DNA from: Zancudomyces culisetae HAW-14-8
Lineage: Eukaryota; Fungi; Kickxellomycota
Reading direction: 5' to 3'
Assembly (NCBI GenBank): GCA_052426225.1
Contig: JBNJNM010000006.1
Span: forward strand, 1,550,001 to 1,614,000
DNA: 64,000 nucleotides
Made by a program: the position numbers and the translations under genes. Of the stretch, positions 1 through 13,580 are shown in pieces. The notes under the pieces were generated by a model, which saw nothing but the letters and a program-made list of their open reading frames with translations, was not told the origin of the DNA and made no database searches. How positions within the stretch are numbered: the stretch's first letter is position 1; every line of letters begins with the position of its first letter.

Positions 1-1281
1 ATTTGGAAAGTAGGACATTAGATTGACCAACTTAATATAAAAGTAAGTAGGAAATGAGTTATAGAAAAAAACAGTCATTCTTAATTGAATATAATATTAT
101 GGCACTTGTTCTATATGCATAGGTTTTACTTGTGGTTCTTAGTTTATCATAATTTAATAGCGTATATTATTTTTAAATCGATTATAAAAGGTCTGGATAA
201 ACGAAAATAATAGGTGATCCTGACCTGATATAATTGAGACATCAGTGCTGTTCCAACATAACTACTTCAATTGTAGTAATCTTACCAAATATAAGCAAGT
301 CAATAATATTCAAATATTACCCTACCAATTCCTATCTTCATTCGTTTTTAATTCGAATATATATTACTTTTGTGACTGATACTTATTATATGGTTATAAA
401 CTTACAAACCTTTCTTAGGCGTCTGTTCCCAATACTATAACTCTTTGCATTAAAAGTCGTTTGAATTGTATCTTAGATTTTTTTCTTTTTGTTTAAGAAT
501 GTATGTTTAAATGAACCTTTACTAAATATTCAAAACCTTTAATTTGTAATTAAGCATAAATATTTTTCCTCCCTAATTTACCTATTAGTAAAAACTTTAT
601 TAATCTATAGTTTTTAAAGTATCATTATAATTCGATTGTTCTGAGGTTAAGATTATGTGCCAGTATTAACTTTTTACTGTTTTATCTCTCACATTCTATA
701 ATTAGATAACTGGTTTACCTATATATATTTAACAGCAAATTTAGTAAAAAATCCTTTATAATTCAAATTCCCAATCTCCCTCCATACCTTAAAGAATTTC
801 ATGCCCATCGAGCGTTACCTCAAAGTTGTCTAACATTCTACTTATTTTTATATACTATATACAGCCCCCATTTTCGCAAATTGGTAGCTAGTATTCAGGA
901 ATATGTTATGGTTGTTGTGGGTATTTATTTCCATGCTTAGAGTTAAATATCCGGAAGGCTGGGACAAGGCTTCATTCACCCCAACTAAGATGCATTAACA
1001 CGTCATTCAAATCAAGATTTAAGAACGAGTAGTCAAAGTAACATAATGTTCAAACTAGTTCCATTAGAGTAAAAACACTAATGACCCATCTCATCGAAAT
1101 TATACAACCATACTTAGGAATGGTTTATATTTCTGTAGTTTCCAGATTTTTAATGGTATAAATAACACTTAGTTTATTGGGTTTATATTTGGTAATATAA
1201 AGAGCGAAATACAAAAACAGAAAATATTACTATAGATATCAGATTAAAAACTCATTTTCAGAGTATAAGGGTACGCGAAAG

Positions 1282-3609
1282 TTATATCATTGGTTTTTTA
1301 GAATCTGAAGATAAGCGTGTGACATCAGAAAGCGAATTCAAAGCAGTTACTGAAGGAACAGATTGAAAATCTGCTGCGTTACTGGTAGAAGAAAAGCCAA
1401 CAGTAGCGCTAGAAGAGTCAGAAGTCTTTGTCGTCGAGTTGTTTATTGCCGAAAAGTGACCGACGCCACTAGTGGTTTCGTCAGATTGAACGGAAGCGGG
1501 AACAGATGGAGATTCATAGGTTGGCTCGGTAGTATCAATAAGAAGCTGTTTATCGGATTTATATAACATCTGGGTTAGCATGCTCAGTTCTTCGGCTGAA
1601 TGCGAGCCTACAGTGAGATTTTCTTGTTGAGTTGAAGAAGGGGGCTCGTTGGAATTGGCCTGCTCATCAGAAAGATGGTATCTGATATTGTTGTCATATT
1701 CAATCAAATCGGCAATATCTTCATCACCAGATACAAAGTACTCAAAGGAAGATGCGGAGAATACTAGCCAAGGCATGGTATCCGAGCTCGTTAGCCTGTA
1801 GTGAGCTTCTGGCAAAGACTTTGTTCTAAACTGAACAACTCTCTTTTTGGTGAGCTCTTGTAAGACCTTGAAGTAGGTAATTGACACGGGATAATATTTT
1901 CCTTGTGCGCTAAATACGTCTGTAATTACTTGGAGATTCTTCTTGAAACTGCTGGCTAGCGGATGGTCGTGCAAAGATTGACAGTTCACGAGAATAGTAC
2001 CAGCAGTAAAAGCCCAGTAGGATGTCTGGCAATCCCAAAGTTCTGCAGGGATTTTTTCAGTGGCCCACACCAAAAGATCGCAAAGACGCATTGAAGCCTC
2101 AATACAGATCTGCTTTGCGGCTATCACACGATCTGGAGTGATTGTTTCGTGAGGGTATCTAACAAGCTCTGATTTGAAAAGTACTATTTTAGCTGTCTCA
2201 TAGAGAGCATGAAGTGTAAAGTAGTTTCCAGCAGCAGTTTTGAGTGCTGTAACCATTGCAGTATTACTTCCTCCTTGTGCGGAAAACTCTTTTGGAGAGA
2301 CAAGTCCGTATTTCTCAATCAATTCACTCTTAAGATTACCCAGGTCATTTGCCAACGCAAAGAAAGTGGTGCTATTAGGAACAATGTCTGGATCTTCAAT
2401 GCTGTAGAAGTCCAAATCTTCATAGTTATTTCTACGCCTATTAACAAACTGGCTTATTTCTCCGAGCTTGGAATACATTTTACAGAGTATCCAGGTTGTA
2501 TCCGGAACTGCTCTAGTGTTACCTATAGCTATTCTTGAGCTTTCTGTGATGATTTCATCCTCCCTCATTCCTGCATCAAGCTCATCATCAGTGTACACCC
2601 ATGTATAGTCGTTTGTGGGAAGATTTACAACACAGTCTTCATCCGGAACCGAGGGTGGCAAGGCACTGTTAAGCATCATAGATCGGTCTAATACGTAGCA
2701 CATCCACCACAGTCGCCTTTTCAGTTCTCTATCTTCCTGGTCTGATTTGTACACTCGCTTGAAACCACAGTAATGTTCGTCAATCTGGTACAATCGAAGT
2801 TTTTCAGCACCTCGCATGGCTATTCCAGAGAATACCATTGCTGACTCATTATTACCCAGTCCCCAGTAGTACATAGCTACATACACAGATGCTTGAATAT
2901 AATCGACATCTGGTTCTTCAAGCAACTCTACTATTTTTTTTGCAGCCTGGCTGGCAAATACTGAGTCTTCAATTGGTGCTGCCTCTGTTTGTGCGGCATC
3001 CATGAACTTGATACCAAGCGCCAATATTGAGTATATAAAGTAGTCTGGAAGCTCCTTTTTCTTGAGCAGTTTTAGTGTATGCGGAATCCTGAACGAACAT
3101 GTGAAAAGTGGCATTGAAGCTGCCACTTTATAAATTACCTGCTCGATAAATTCGTTGCTTAACATTTCAATCGAAACAAATCTACCCTTAGTAAATGACA
3201 CCTCTCCATTCTCCCTTCTTTCCAAAGCTAGCTCTCTATCGTCATCTCTATCTCTCTCGTTGCCATAGCCTGATTCAACTGCTGTTGCCAAATCCACCAA
3301 AATTTGCTCCACTGATTCAAGTCTTCCTTCGATTTTTTGAATCGCACTCTTTCTGACTTTCTTCTTTCTAATGAGTGGGCTATATACGCAATCCACTCCC
3401 ACTCTCAAACAACTTGAGCAGGTTGGCTTATTTCCATCACACTTGACCTTTTTCTTTCTGCAGACATCACAAGCATGCATCAGCTTTACAGTGGTTTCTG
3501 TTTCTGATTGCTCTGAATCCAGAGAATTGGAGCTATTCTCATCGATATCATAATCACTACCTCTTTCCCCATAGGCATCTACCTGTTCGTATTCATCTTG
3601 TCCTGACAT
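1282..3609 (-). CDS. Zn(II)2Cys6 (Gal4-type) transcription factor with fungal-specific TF middle homology region
   Basis: ACDVCRKKKVKCDGNKPTCSSCLRVGVDCVY binuclear cluster, then a coiled coil. Fungal_trans motifs AMRGAEKLRLY and ELKRRLWWMCYVLDR. First ATG is at 3609 (the ORF track starts at GTG 3630). Intronless. Confidence 0.95.
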   Translation of the reverse strand: MSGQDEYEQVDAYGERGSDYDIDENSSNSLDSEQSETETTVKLMHACDVCRKKKVKCDGNKPTCSSCLRVGVDCVYSPLIRKKKVRKSAIQKIEGRLESVEQILVDLATAVESGYGNERDRDDDRELALERRENGEVSFTKGRFVSIEMLSNEFIEQVIYKVAASMPLFTCSFRIPHTLKLLKKKELPDYFIYSILALGIKFMDAAQTEAAPIEDSVFASQAAKKIVELLEEPDVDYIQASVYVAMYYWGLGNNESAMVFSGIAMRGAEKLRLYQIDEHYCGFKRVYKSDQEDRELKRRLWWMCYVLDRSMMLNSALPPSVPDEDCVVNLPTNDYTWVYTDDELDAGMREDEIITESSRIAIGNTRAVPDTTWILCKMYSKLGEISQFVNRRRNNYEDLDFYSIEDPDIVPNSTTFFALANDLGNLKSELIEKYGLVSPKEFSAQGGSNTAMVTALKTAAGNYFTLHALYETAKIVLFKSELVRYPHETITPDRVIAAKQICIEASMRLCDLLVWATEKIPAELWDCQTSYWAFTAGTILVNCQSLHDHPLASSFKKNLQVITDVFSAQGKYYPVSITYFKVLQELTKKRVVQFRTKSLPEAHYRLTSSDTMPWLVFSASSFEYFVSGDEDIADLIEYDNNIRYHLSDEQANSNEPPSSTQQENLTVGSHSAEELSMLTQMLYKSDKQLLIDTTEPTYESPSVPASVQSDETTSGVGHFSAINNSTTKTSDSSSATVGFSSTSNAADFQSVPSVTALNSLSDVTRLSSDSKKPMI

Positions 3610-6600
3610 TTTATTTGTATTGTTTTTCACTTTAGGAAACCTTTCTATTAACTGAAAGAACCGGAAAACGGGATTTTGAGGTACCGAGTCTGCGCTTTTA
3701 ACTTTTTTTTTCTTTCCTATTAAATTGCAGTTTGGGACTGGAGATTTCTTTACAAAATTTTTTTTGAAACTGTAATCCTGGTGATTTCAAGGTGATGTTG
3801 TGGGAGTAAGACTTTTACCTGTTAACAAGCACTTTGGTTTGTCTCCGAAAAACCTTTAGCCAATCCATTCAGCTTTTTTAGTTTTTTTTTCAAGCCAGGT
3901 GGCTCTACTTGTTTATTCGCCAGTATTTTTCAGCATTTTCAATTACAACTTTTTTTAGTTCATATTTATCAAAATAACATGGCGATTTAGGTAATAGTAT
4001 TTTTACAAACTTGATAGCAAGCCAGTAACATTTTTTTACTGCTTGCTACCAATGCCAGAAAATACCTTTTTTTTTTCCTTTTTGCTCTGTAGTTTGGATA
4101 TTTTAAATCATTCGCAATAACATGTTTTCAACCAAAGCATCTTCCCATTATGAAACGCAATGTAAACCTAGGCACTTCTTTTTTCACAGAAATAGAGATG
4201 GTAACAAGAACTGACAAATCACAACTCTTTCAATTTATTCTTTTATTTGTGAACTGATGAACAATTCTTGCTAAAGTAACCCATCACTATCGGCACTTAT
4301 CTCGTCTTTTTAAAACAAAAAAGATGACGAAGCTAATAATCGAATCGCATGATCCAATAATTTGTAAATAACCTGCTTTTTTTTCCGAACGCTGCTTATA
4401 AATTGGCGTTTAATGACCAAATATGGAAACTAATTCAAGCTCTATACCTAAATTGAATAATCCCAAAGTGCGTTATTTCTAAGCAATTGATTCATTATAT
4501 GAACACAATATATACACAGCCGCCAACGAATAACTAAAAAAATGCTCTGTGTATACAAACTGTAAAGTGCTTTAGTTTGCATTGATTGAAAGTGTAAGGT
4601 TATATTGTTTAATTTATTTAATCAGCAAAACGTATCTCTTCTTCTTTTTACCATTCTCATCCATACAAAGGGTATCTGAATCATACATGGACTATCAAAA
4701 ACAAGTGTCGGATAAAGATTCTGCCGTTTGCTTTTAACCAGCTCTGCCACATTAATTGATTTTTTAATTAGCTTTATGAGTATAGCAGGTACGATTTTTT
4801 TGGGAGCCCTTTGCTAAACAATGGAAGAGATTGTGTTTGAGAAAATAAAACAACCAGGAGCACAAATACCTAAAAAGGAAAGACTAGACTTGATTTTATG
4901 GGACCGGTAACTTCCCACCAAATAAATCAAATCGGAAAATAACATGAACAAACTGAATTCAGACCACCGGACTATACAGACGCCATCTTTTTCCTGCTAT
5001 GCTTTGTAAATTATTATTCTGATTCTCAAATCCAGCCTATAAGCAGGCATTTTTCTATCTGAAACAGACACAAAGAAATATCGATTTGGGAATAAATTTT
5101 TTGTTTACCTTTAATTGGCTTTTCCGAATAGGGGGTTTTCGTTGACCACCATAGGAAATGCCTGGATCTTGACAATTCTCTAATAATTACTCCCAAGTTT
5201 CAAATATTTTTATCTCAGTGTTTGTTTTCTTTCGGAGCTTTCTTATATCTTTTGTGAATTGCCATTTTAGATCATCCCCTACAAAAAATACACATGCAAA
5301 TAAAATCAAACAGCTTTTTGCGCAAAAAAAATGTAGATTATTAACCATAATATATCCTACCTCGGGTAATCCCCAACTGACCGGTAGTTTAAAGCGAAAG
5401 TTTGAAACGCACTGTAAAAATTGGTAGTATCATAACCCAATATCCGTAAACCCCTTACTAGTTTTCTCGACCCACATTTGCATTCCTTATCCCAATACAT
5501 ATTTTTAGTCCATTAAAAGTCAATTTCCCATTTGAAAATAAAAAACGGCATAGTGTGGTGTTTCTTGCGATAAAGCTATGAATTCACACGCATTTTTCAT
5601 GTGTATTCTGGCTCGTTATATCTATTGATCAACACTTGGTTTTTTGGGGGGTTAGTAAGCAACGAACACTGGAAAATCAAAAAAATCGTAACTATGTTTA
5701 ATTATCCGCCTATCACTGGATAAACCTACCTCTTACTTTTGTTCACATTTTACAATTTACTTTTTTATTGATTGGATGAAGTTAAGGATATGAGGTTTAA
5801 TGAATGTGATAAAACACAAGCTGTGCACTCATACAACTACACATTTATCTTGAAGGTACACATATTTAACTTATGACATGAAATGTGTTAGTACTAAAGT
5901 TAGTATTACCAAACTATACAGTTTTTGAGCTAGCTTCTTATTTTTCCAAAAAAAAATACAATTAAATCTAATGTACATAGATTCTATTAATGGAAAATCA
6001 CATGTATAGCCACTACACAAGCTACAAGTCGTGCCTTTAGGTATGAAAAGTACTCGCACTAGTACACCTTTGACTCGGAAAGCATGGTGGAACAAGATAA
6101 AATAAGTTGAAAACCAGAGGCGAATCGAATCGAGTCGTTAAAGCACGTTTGGTGGTGGTTCTCTTTTTTTTTGTTTCATTTTTGCATATTTTGCAAAGGC
6201 TCGCAGTGCTAAAGCTTACCAAAACTATAAATAAATATAATTATGTAAATTATACCAAATATATAGACGAGTATACCCGCATCTACACACAAAGCAAGTT
6301 CTATTTTTATTCTTACTTTTCAAGCACAAATTGGTACCGATTCGGACAATGAAGTCTGAAAGTTACGCTTTTCCCAACTTGTTTATGAGTTGATTTGGCA
6401 TTTTTCTTTATACTTTTTTCCAGAGATTTGATGGTTCACTTTGTAAATCATGAAAAGCATAAAATAAAAGCACCATAGCATTCAATAGCAAATTTACATA
6501 TCACGCTTACTTGATTATACCTACTGGTTCGATACTCATTCACTCGGAACTACACATCCTTCCCCTCTTCTTTTGTGTGAACTTTATACAGATGCTCAAC

Positions 6601-6630
6601 TGTACGTTTTACGAGATAAGGAGAGCAAAT

Positions 6631-6716
6631 AGACAATAGACAATGGACAATGGACATATGGACATATGGACAATGAACAATGAACAATAGACAATAGACA
6701 ATGAACAATGGACAAT
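6631..6716. repeat. Degenerate 7-8 bp tandem repeat (AGACAAT/GGACAAT/GAACAAT/GGACATAT), about 12 units
   Basis: Read directly from the sequence; intergenic. Confidence 0.9.
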
Positions 6717-7911
6717 ATACAAAACGCAAAGGATGACGATTGGTGGGCGGAGGAGGGGTGTTCTTTTTTTTTCAATACTATTTTAATGGCTACTAATATA
6801 TACAAACTGTTTATGATTAAAAAGTGATCGTTTTTTCTGGTAAAGACAGCGTGAATTTTGGAAAATTGGATACCCATTAGATTCTGGTTTACTAGACATA
6901 CAAAGCGTTAAACATAAGTATGAATAGCAAAGTAATAGATTGTTGCAGTATGAATTTGTAACTAGAGTCGTAGATATCAAGGTCTAAACACGAAGGTCTT
7001 CTTTTTTTAATTTTGAATAGAGTTCAATCATGAATTTTAAATAAAATGGAGTTGGTGGAAGAAGGAAAAAAAAAAGAATTAACGCGACCAGTAATCTACA
7101 TGTATTTACTCTTACAAACTCCCATTTGAACATTAAACTGATATACAAAGTTTGTTTTTCTAAAAAAAAATTTTTTTTTAATTACATTCCAAAACCATTT
7201 AATTCAAAACTTTTTTTTCCGACTAGGTTTGTCATCATGAAAGTACAAAATAAATGTGTATAGCTCAGCTTAAAAATCAGGCTATGTTATATTAAGTAAA
7301 TACAGCTAAAACAATATAGTTTATTTACCAAGAAAAAATACGTGTAATGAGCATGTTGGTTAGTTTTTCCATTACGGAAAATGTACCAATATCAGCGTTT
7401 TATGATGTGTTACACACTATTACGCTAAAAGTTTAATGATTATATCGCTATGGTATACAGAACGAGTCACATGTACAAGGTGCTTGGAGTTGTGAAGTTG
7501 TTTTACTATATGTGGTGTAAAGATTTAATTTTGACACTTTGGTACAGTTACACTTTACTAATTTAATTACAAAGAATGTTTGGATAGTTTAATTTATTAC
7601 AGAAAACATAATTGCACTTGCAACTATTCGTTCATTTTTTTATATAATTTTTATTATTATTGTTGCTGAAGGTGCGTAGTTAGGTGGATAAATGAAAAAA
7701 AATAGTAGAGAAAATATACTTGATGGTAATATAGAATGGGTGCCAAAACCGGGATAGAATGGAAGAGAGAGCAAAAGACGACAAAGGATAGGTCATAACT
7801 TCATTGGATGCAAATTTATAAAATGTAATTGCGCTTGGTTTGGTGATTTTACCTTCACCAGAAACTATGATTATCCATAATTATGGTGGTAATGGTGGTA
7901 ATGACACCGAT

Positions 7912-7957
7912 ACTGGTACTGGTACTGGTACTGGTACTGGTACTGGTACTGGTACTG
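7912..7957. repeat. (ACTGGT)n hexanucleotide microsatellite
   Basis: Read directly; it accounts for the spurious poly-LV ORF 7883..8161. Confidence 0.9.
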
Positions 7958-9491
7958 ATAGTGATACTGGCAATGGTGGTTTTTGTGGTTTTAGCATTAC
8001 TTAAAACTGTCTTTAGAACCAACAACATTTACAATGAAAGTATCCCGACATTCTACTCAAACCACCATTCTATTCAAAAATGCGATTCAAGTGTGTCTAG
8101 GCCAAGGATTTTAAATGCCCAAGTTCCTGATGATTTGACGATTAAGCAAAACAAGAATTAATTTACATGTAGATAATGGATTTACTGTAACTCCTTTCAG
8201 TCATTTTACAAAAAAACTAGTAATGTATCGTTAAATTCCATAAACATGCTTTTATTTGTTTCTCTCTTTTTTTGTTTTGCGTGATTAAATAATAAATTAT
8301 TGGAAATAGATAAATCAAGTAAATCCTTTTTGTAAATTGGAGCAAATTGCTTAGAGTTATAAAAATTAATTATGACAAAGGCTTTTTAACATCATTTTTC
8401 TAGAACAAAAAGACAAAAAAAAAACAAAAAAAAAACCTGAATGTGGTTTAGTGAAAAATGGTGGGCCATATTCAATATTATGTTCATTTTTTTTCTTTAT
8501 TCTCTATACAAGTAAATATTGTTAAGCTTCCAAAAAAGGCCCATTCAAAAAAAAGACAGAACCGAATCAAAAAGCAGGAAAAGTCATAAAGCCCTCACTC
8601 ACACTCTCCCTCTCCTTTTTTCCCCTAATTCTACTCGCACTACAACTTTAAAAGTACATTAAAGGCAGCAAAAAAGAAGGATTATTTTGTATAAAAAAAT
8701 TAAAAATTAAAGCCTCATAATAATTTAAAAGAAAAAAAAAGAAAAATAGACAAATAATTAAAGAATCAGTTTTTTTTAAACAGGATAATCCTTTATTATC
8801 CCTTCTTCCATCCTCAGCCCTTCTATGGTAATAGACACACATTCAGACATACACTCATGCAAATTCTTTTGCAAAATTGAGGTTGATTAAGGGATTTTTT
8901 TGAATTTACCATTTGAAGTTAGGATCTGATAGAAAAAGGTTGAACTATGCAACTATAATCTCCAAAATACGATGATAATAGATGTAGATTTAGTTGCATT
9001 TCCAATACTCTTTTATACGCATTCAAAAAACGATACATTATACATTATACTTTACACTTTTTATTTTTTAACTTTTAAAACGTTTCAATAAACATAATAC
9101 ACAAAACATAATACACATAGTAATGCATCACCAAGGGGGAATAGAAGGATTGTATTAAAAGAACGCATAGGAACAAATATACACAAGAGGGAAAAAAAAG
9201 AAGCATCAATAGTTGTTAATATTATACTTACTGCTAATATCGACACCAATAGAAACAGTTCAATTAATTTAGTGGTACTATACAGATATACTGGATGAGG
9301 AGGACCACAGCTAAAATAATAGAGCTGTAGAAAACTAAAAGACAAACCAATATCATATCGGAGTATCTTGACTTACAAACTGCCCCTTAGTTCCACCAAA
9401 AAGAATAGTTTAGGGAGGTTTGTGAATAAATAGAAGCAATATTAATGTAATACTAGGAACGGTAACAACAACAAATATTAAAACAAAAAGG

Positions 9492-12400
9492 ATGTATAAT
9501 ACGGAAAGGAGTAAAGAATACGCAAAGGAAAGAGAGAGCTGGACAAGATATTCACAAGAAGCAGAAACAAGCAAAAATGTGAGACGAGTGGATTCCAGGC
9601 TAGAACTTGACGACTATATGGTGCAATATACGCAAGATGGTAGGCCGAAATACAAAACACTGCTTTCAGAAGTAAACAAAAAGGACAAGGAGATTAATAT
9701 GTTTTTACAGCGAGCAGTAACCACCAGTATTAAAAGAGAGAGTCCTAGAATGACGAGTAATAACAGGATTGAAACAAAAAAGTCGCCAACACCTGGGTCG
9801 CCTAGCCATTATTTAATGAAACCAACGTTGCGAAGGAATGGTGCCGAATCCAAAAATAACGGGTATGTTACACCAACAAAACAGGGGAAAATGGGGACAA
9901 GCACGGTAAACCTAGCGAATGAAAACATGGGTGGCCGTGGTGAAGATGTAGTATACTATGAGGAAGGTGATAGGCGTGATTCGGCAGGAATAAGGGTAGA
10001 TATCAAGAGTCTGAGTAATATGTCAGCATTTTCGATTCCTACAAAAATTGTAGAACCGGAAACTAAAAAACTAGGAAAGAAGAAGAGTAGCCAGTTGTTC
10101 CAATTCCCCCGTTTAAAAGAGAGAGAAATAGTAAATACTATTGGTAATAGTAACCAGGTAAACCAAGAGAGGTGGAGTAAGGAAGAGAGAGAGTTAAAAA
10201 AGAATAGGGGAAGAACAGAAGAGAGAAAAAGTAGCTGTAAAAGTAAAGTAGAGGAAATAAAGGAGATAGAAGTGTCGGTGCATAGGGGAGGTAGGGTGTA
10301 TACAGAAATAAGTGAAAAGCTGTGTAGGCTTATGGGGTTGGTCAGGAAAAGTAGAAGCCAGAGTGATGGGGAAATTAGTGGTAGGATAAAGTGGCCATTG
10401 AATGAAGATAGTTTATCAGGAGAGATTATCTTGGCGGGGTTGATGGTAAATGAAAGGGGGGCAAATGGAAGAGCGGCAATGGACTACACGGAAACGTTAT
10501 TTAGCAATTCAAAGGCGATGAGTTTGTGGGCATTGGTTAATTGTCTTACAGATAAAAGAGGGTTGGAGAATAGAAGACAGCTGGATATGTTTCTTAGTAC
10601 ATATAGGTTTTTTTTTACAGGAAAAGATTTGCTGAAGATGCTGATAGTTCGATACATGAATAGCCGCGAAAGGATAAGAGAAAGTAAGGTGGTGGAGGGA
10701 GATGATAGGGTAATACAGCTTCGGGTACTGAATATGATAAAGTACTGGATGGATAAACATACGGAGGATTTTGGAGCAGGAAACGGGGTTAGAGAGCTGC
10801 TTGAAGAGCTACTTAGAAATATGGGAAGGGAGGTTCGATTTGTGGATTCGGTGTTAAGGCGACTGCGAAGCGCAGCAGAAAAGGAAGAAAAAGTGATGGT
10901 TAAGGGGCTGATAGATAGTTTAAAGTTTGAAGACTCAACCAACTTGACACTAGTGGAGCCAAAAAAAGGAAAGAAGGATCGAGGCAGCTCGCTTTACAAC
11001 CTGGACATTTTAAATCTGAATGGGTTTGAGGCAGTGGAGCTGGCACGACAGCTAACATTAATTGAGCACAAGATGTTTTGCCAGATCAATGTAAGCGACA
11101 TTACTCGCTGGTTTCGCAATATGGAGGGAGGAGGAGAAGGAGATGAAAAGCTGGCAGAAATGTCACAATGGTTTAACCACACAGTTTACTGGGTGGTGCA
11201 TCGGATATTATGTGAGCCTACAGAGCATCAGCGGGCAAACACAATAGCGCAGTTTATTCATATAGCGCATTATTGTTTGGCACTTCGAAATTATACAGGC
11301 ACGCTTGAAATAGCATCGGGACTTTCACACTCTGCGGTGCGCCGGCTCAAGTTTACCTGGTCGTTGGTTCCTTCGATTTATTCCAAAATGTTGGAAAAAA
11401 TTCTGTTTGCAATCCACTCTAGTCACAACCACAAGATGTATAGAGAGTCGCTGCAGGCTGCTATAGATGGAGTAGAGGGACCAGACTATGAGTATGCGCT
11501 CAACAACAAGTTTGTTGCCGAAAGCAGCGAGTCGTCGAGAGCCAGAAGTCTTTCTACATTTGCAGCGCGGCCTATCCGCAAAAAGAAGTCAATTTTCAAT
11601 CTTTCGTTTAGCAAGATTTCGTCGCAAAACACGACGCAAAACACGTCGCAGCCACGAGAAAAACTTTTTAGCAAAGCGTCACTGTCTAATCTTGCCAAAC
11701 ACTATTTCCGTGATTCTACAGCGGATGACGAATTTATGTCGACATCTACAAAACCTGCTACTCTACAAGACAGCTTTGCAGCCGAAAAGGATCCTGATTC
11801 TACATATGAAAAACTTTCACCAGATGTGACGCCAACAACAATAAACAGTTTTAACCGTGCAAAGCTGTTGCGCAACCCATGCCCGAGTGTCCAGAACTAC
11901 AAATACCGTAGAAACATTGATGGAATGAGCGACTATTCGCAGCCAGAAGCCCAGTTTCCGGCTGTTCCTCTGCTCGCCATCCATAAACGCGACATCCTCT
12001 TTGCTGATGACGCTGGCCCAAATTACCTGAATGGGTCGCTGCAGCCCAGACTGTCGTTTTCTGGTGCCATTGAATTAGTCGAATCCGATTGCTCTTGTCC
12101 TCCTCTCATCAATATGCACAAGTTCCGCATCATTTCCAAGATTCTTTTTACTCTCCAATGCGTTCAGCGTATGTCTTATGACTTTGATACTGATCCTCAG
12201 CTCGCTCTTGCTCTCTCTAACCAGATAAACAATGTGGCTTCTGCTATTTCTTTGCAGTTGTCCTCTGTACCTTCACGTGACAGCACTTGCCTCACTCCCC
12301 AGGCTCAGTGTCTCAGGTACATTGATTCCGTATCTGCTCCCCATTCTGCCTCCATTTCTCACCAGAAACGATCCCAGACCTCTTCGTTTTCTTCCACATC

Positions 12401-12750
12401 ATCGTATGTCTCCAGCTCTAGTTCCAGTCCCAGTCCCAATCCAAAAATTAATCTCAACTTTAATTCTAACTCAAACTCAAACTCAAACTCAAACCCAAAT
12501 CCAAATCCAAATCCAACCCCAAACTCTAATATCAGACTTAGCGACTCAAGCATGAACCTAAATCTGAACCTAAACTTAAACCTTTCTAATCTTTCTCCTT
12601 TCAATTCCACTATTTCTTCCAATACTTTTTCATCCACTCCCAACGCTAGAGCCTTTGCTTTTCCACATAATTTAGATCCTTGCGATCTCCTTTATCCTTC
12701 AAACTACTCAAAACCTCGCTCGGATTCCTCCACAACCCATGCTCAACTGA

Positions 12751-12784
<34 letters not shown>

Positions 12785-12872
12785 ATCCGGTTCTGGCTCT
12801 GGCTCTGTTTCTGCTTCAAACTTTGATTTAGAAACAAAGCTCTACAAATTTTCCAAAATTATAGAACCTTAA
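9492..12872 (+). CDS. Ras guanine nucleotide exchange factor (REM + CDC25 domain)
   Basis: REM motifs FLSTYRFF and IQLRVLNMIKYW. CDC25 motifs ELARQLTLIEHKMF, LRNYTGTLEIASGL, PAVPLL, LINMHKFR, and terminal LYKFSKIIEP. 1126 aa, intronless. Confidence 0.93.
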
Positions 12873-13108
12873 AACTGGTTTCTTAGGCATAATATACCTC
12901 ATTGCTGTATTATTACTTCTCTTTTTTCTTTCTTCATTATCTTTTATATCTTGTGTCTCCATGCATCAAATATATTTGTATATAACTGTTATTGTAAAAT
13001 TACCAAAATGAATAGCTATAATAGCAAAATTATAATAAATAAAGAGATATCCCCAAGTATTTACCCCCCCACCACTCCCCCCTGTTATCACAACTGCTCT
13101 ACTTCCAT

Positions 13109-13190
13109 TCTCTCTTTCTCTTTCTCTTTCTCTTTCTCTTTCTCTTTCTCTTTCTGTTTCTCTTTCTCTTTCTCTTTCTTTTTCTCTCTC
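13109..13190. repeat. (TTTCTC)n polypyrimidine microsatellite between the convergent RasGEF and CHS5 3' ends
   Basis: Read directly from the sequence. Confidence 0.9.
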
Positions 13191-13216
13191 TCCTCCTTCC
13201 CACACAGTTAAACATA

Positions 13217-13544
13217 TCATGACAAGTAATAACTCAACGCTGGTTGTAGCTTCTTGTCCTGTTCAGATGCTGTTAGCCATTCAGGTTTTACCACCGGAAT
13301 ATTCAGTCCCAACGCCTTTTCATACTCAGGTCCAACTGGAACTTGACACACAAAATGTGTCACGTCAACCGTCACCTTATTGGTCCACTTTGCACCAATC
13401 CGTTCAACAACTTGGATCAGTTCCTTTAGTGTTTGTGATTCGTCCTCCACCTCTACCTCCACATCTGCCTCCGTGTCTTTCTCTTTATCTTCATCTCTTC
13501 GCTCTCCTTGTATATCCTCGTCTTCATCATTGGTTTCTTCCACC

Positions 13545-13580
<36 letters not shown>

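Noticed and set aside
1-240. Minus-strand YAYRTS reminiscent of an LTR integrase motif
   Set aside because: Six residues among stop codons; no other TE motif, LTR or TIR visible.
4668-4968. RNase P-like CR-V motif AATTCAGACCAC (~4956) able to pair with TCTGAAT (~4675)
   Set aside because: No GGAA-type CR-I context, and internal T6-T7 runs; likely chance.
7883-8161. ORF with a hydrophobic poly-LV N-terminus
   Set aside because: Artefact of the (ACTGGT)n microsatellite.
12951-13220. Poly-SF and poly-ER ORFs
   Set aside because: Translations of the (TTTCTC)n repeat.
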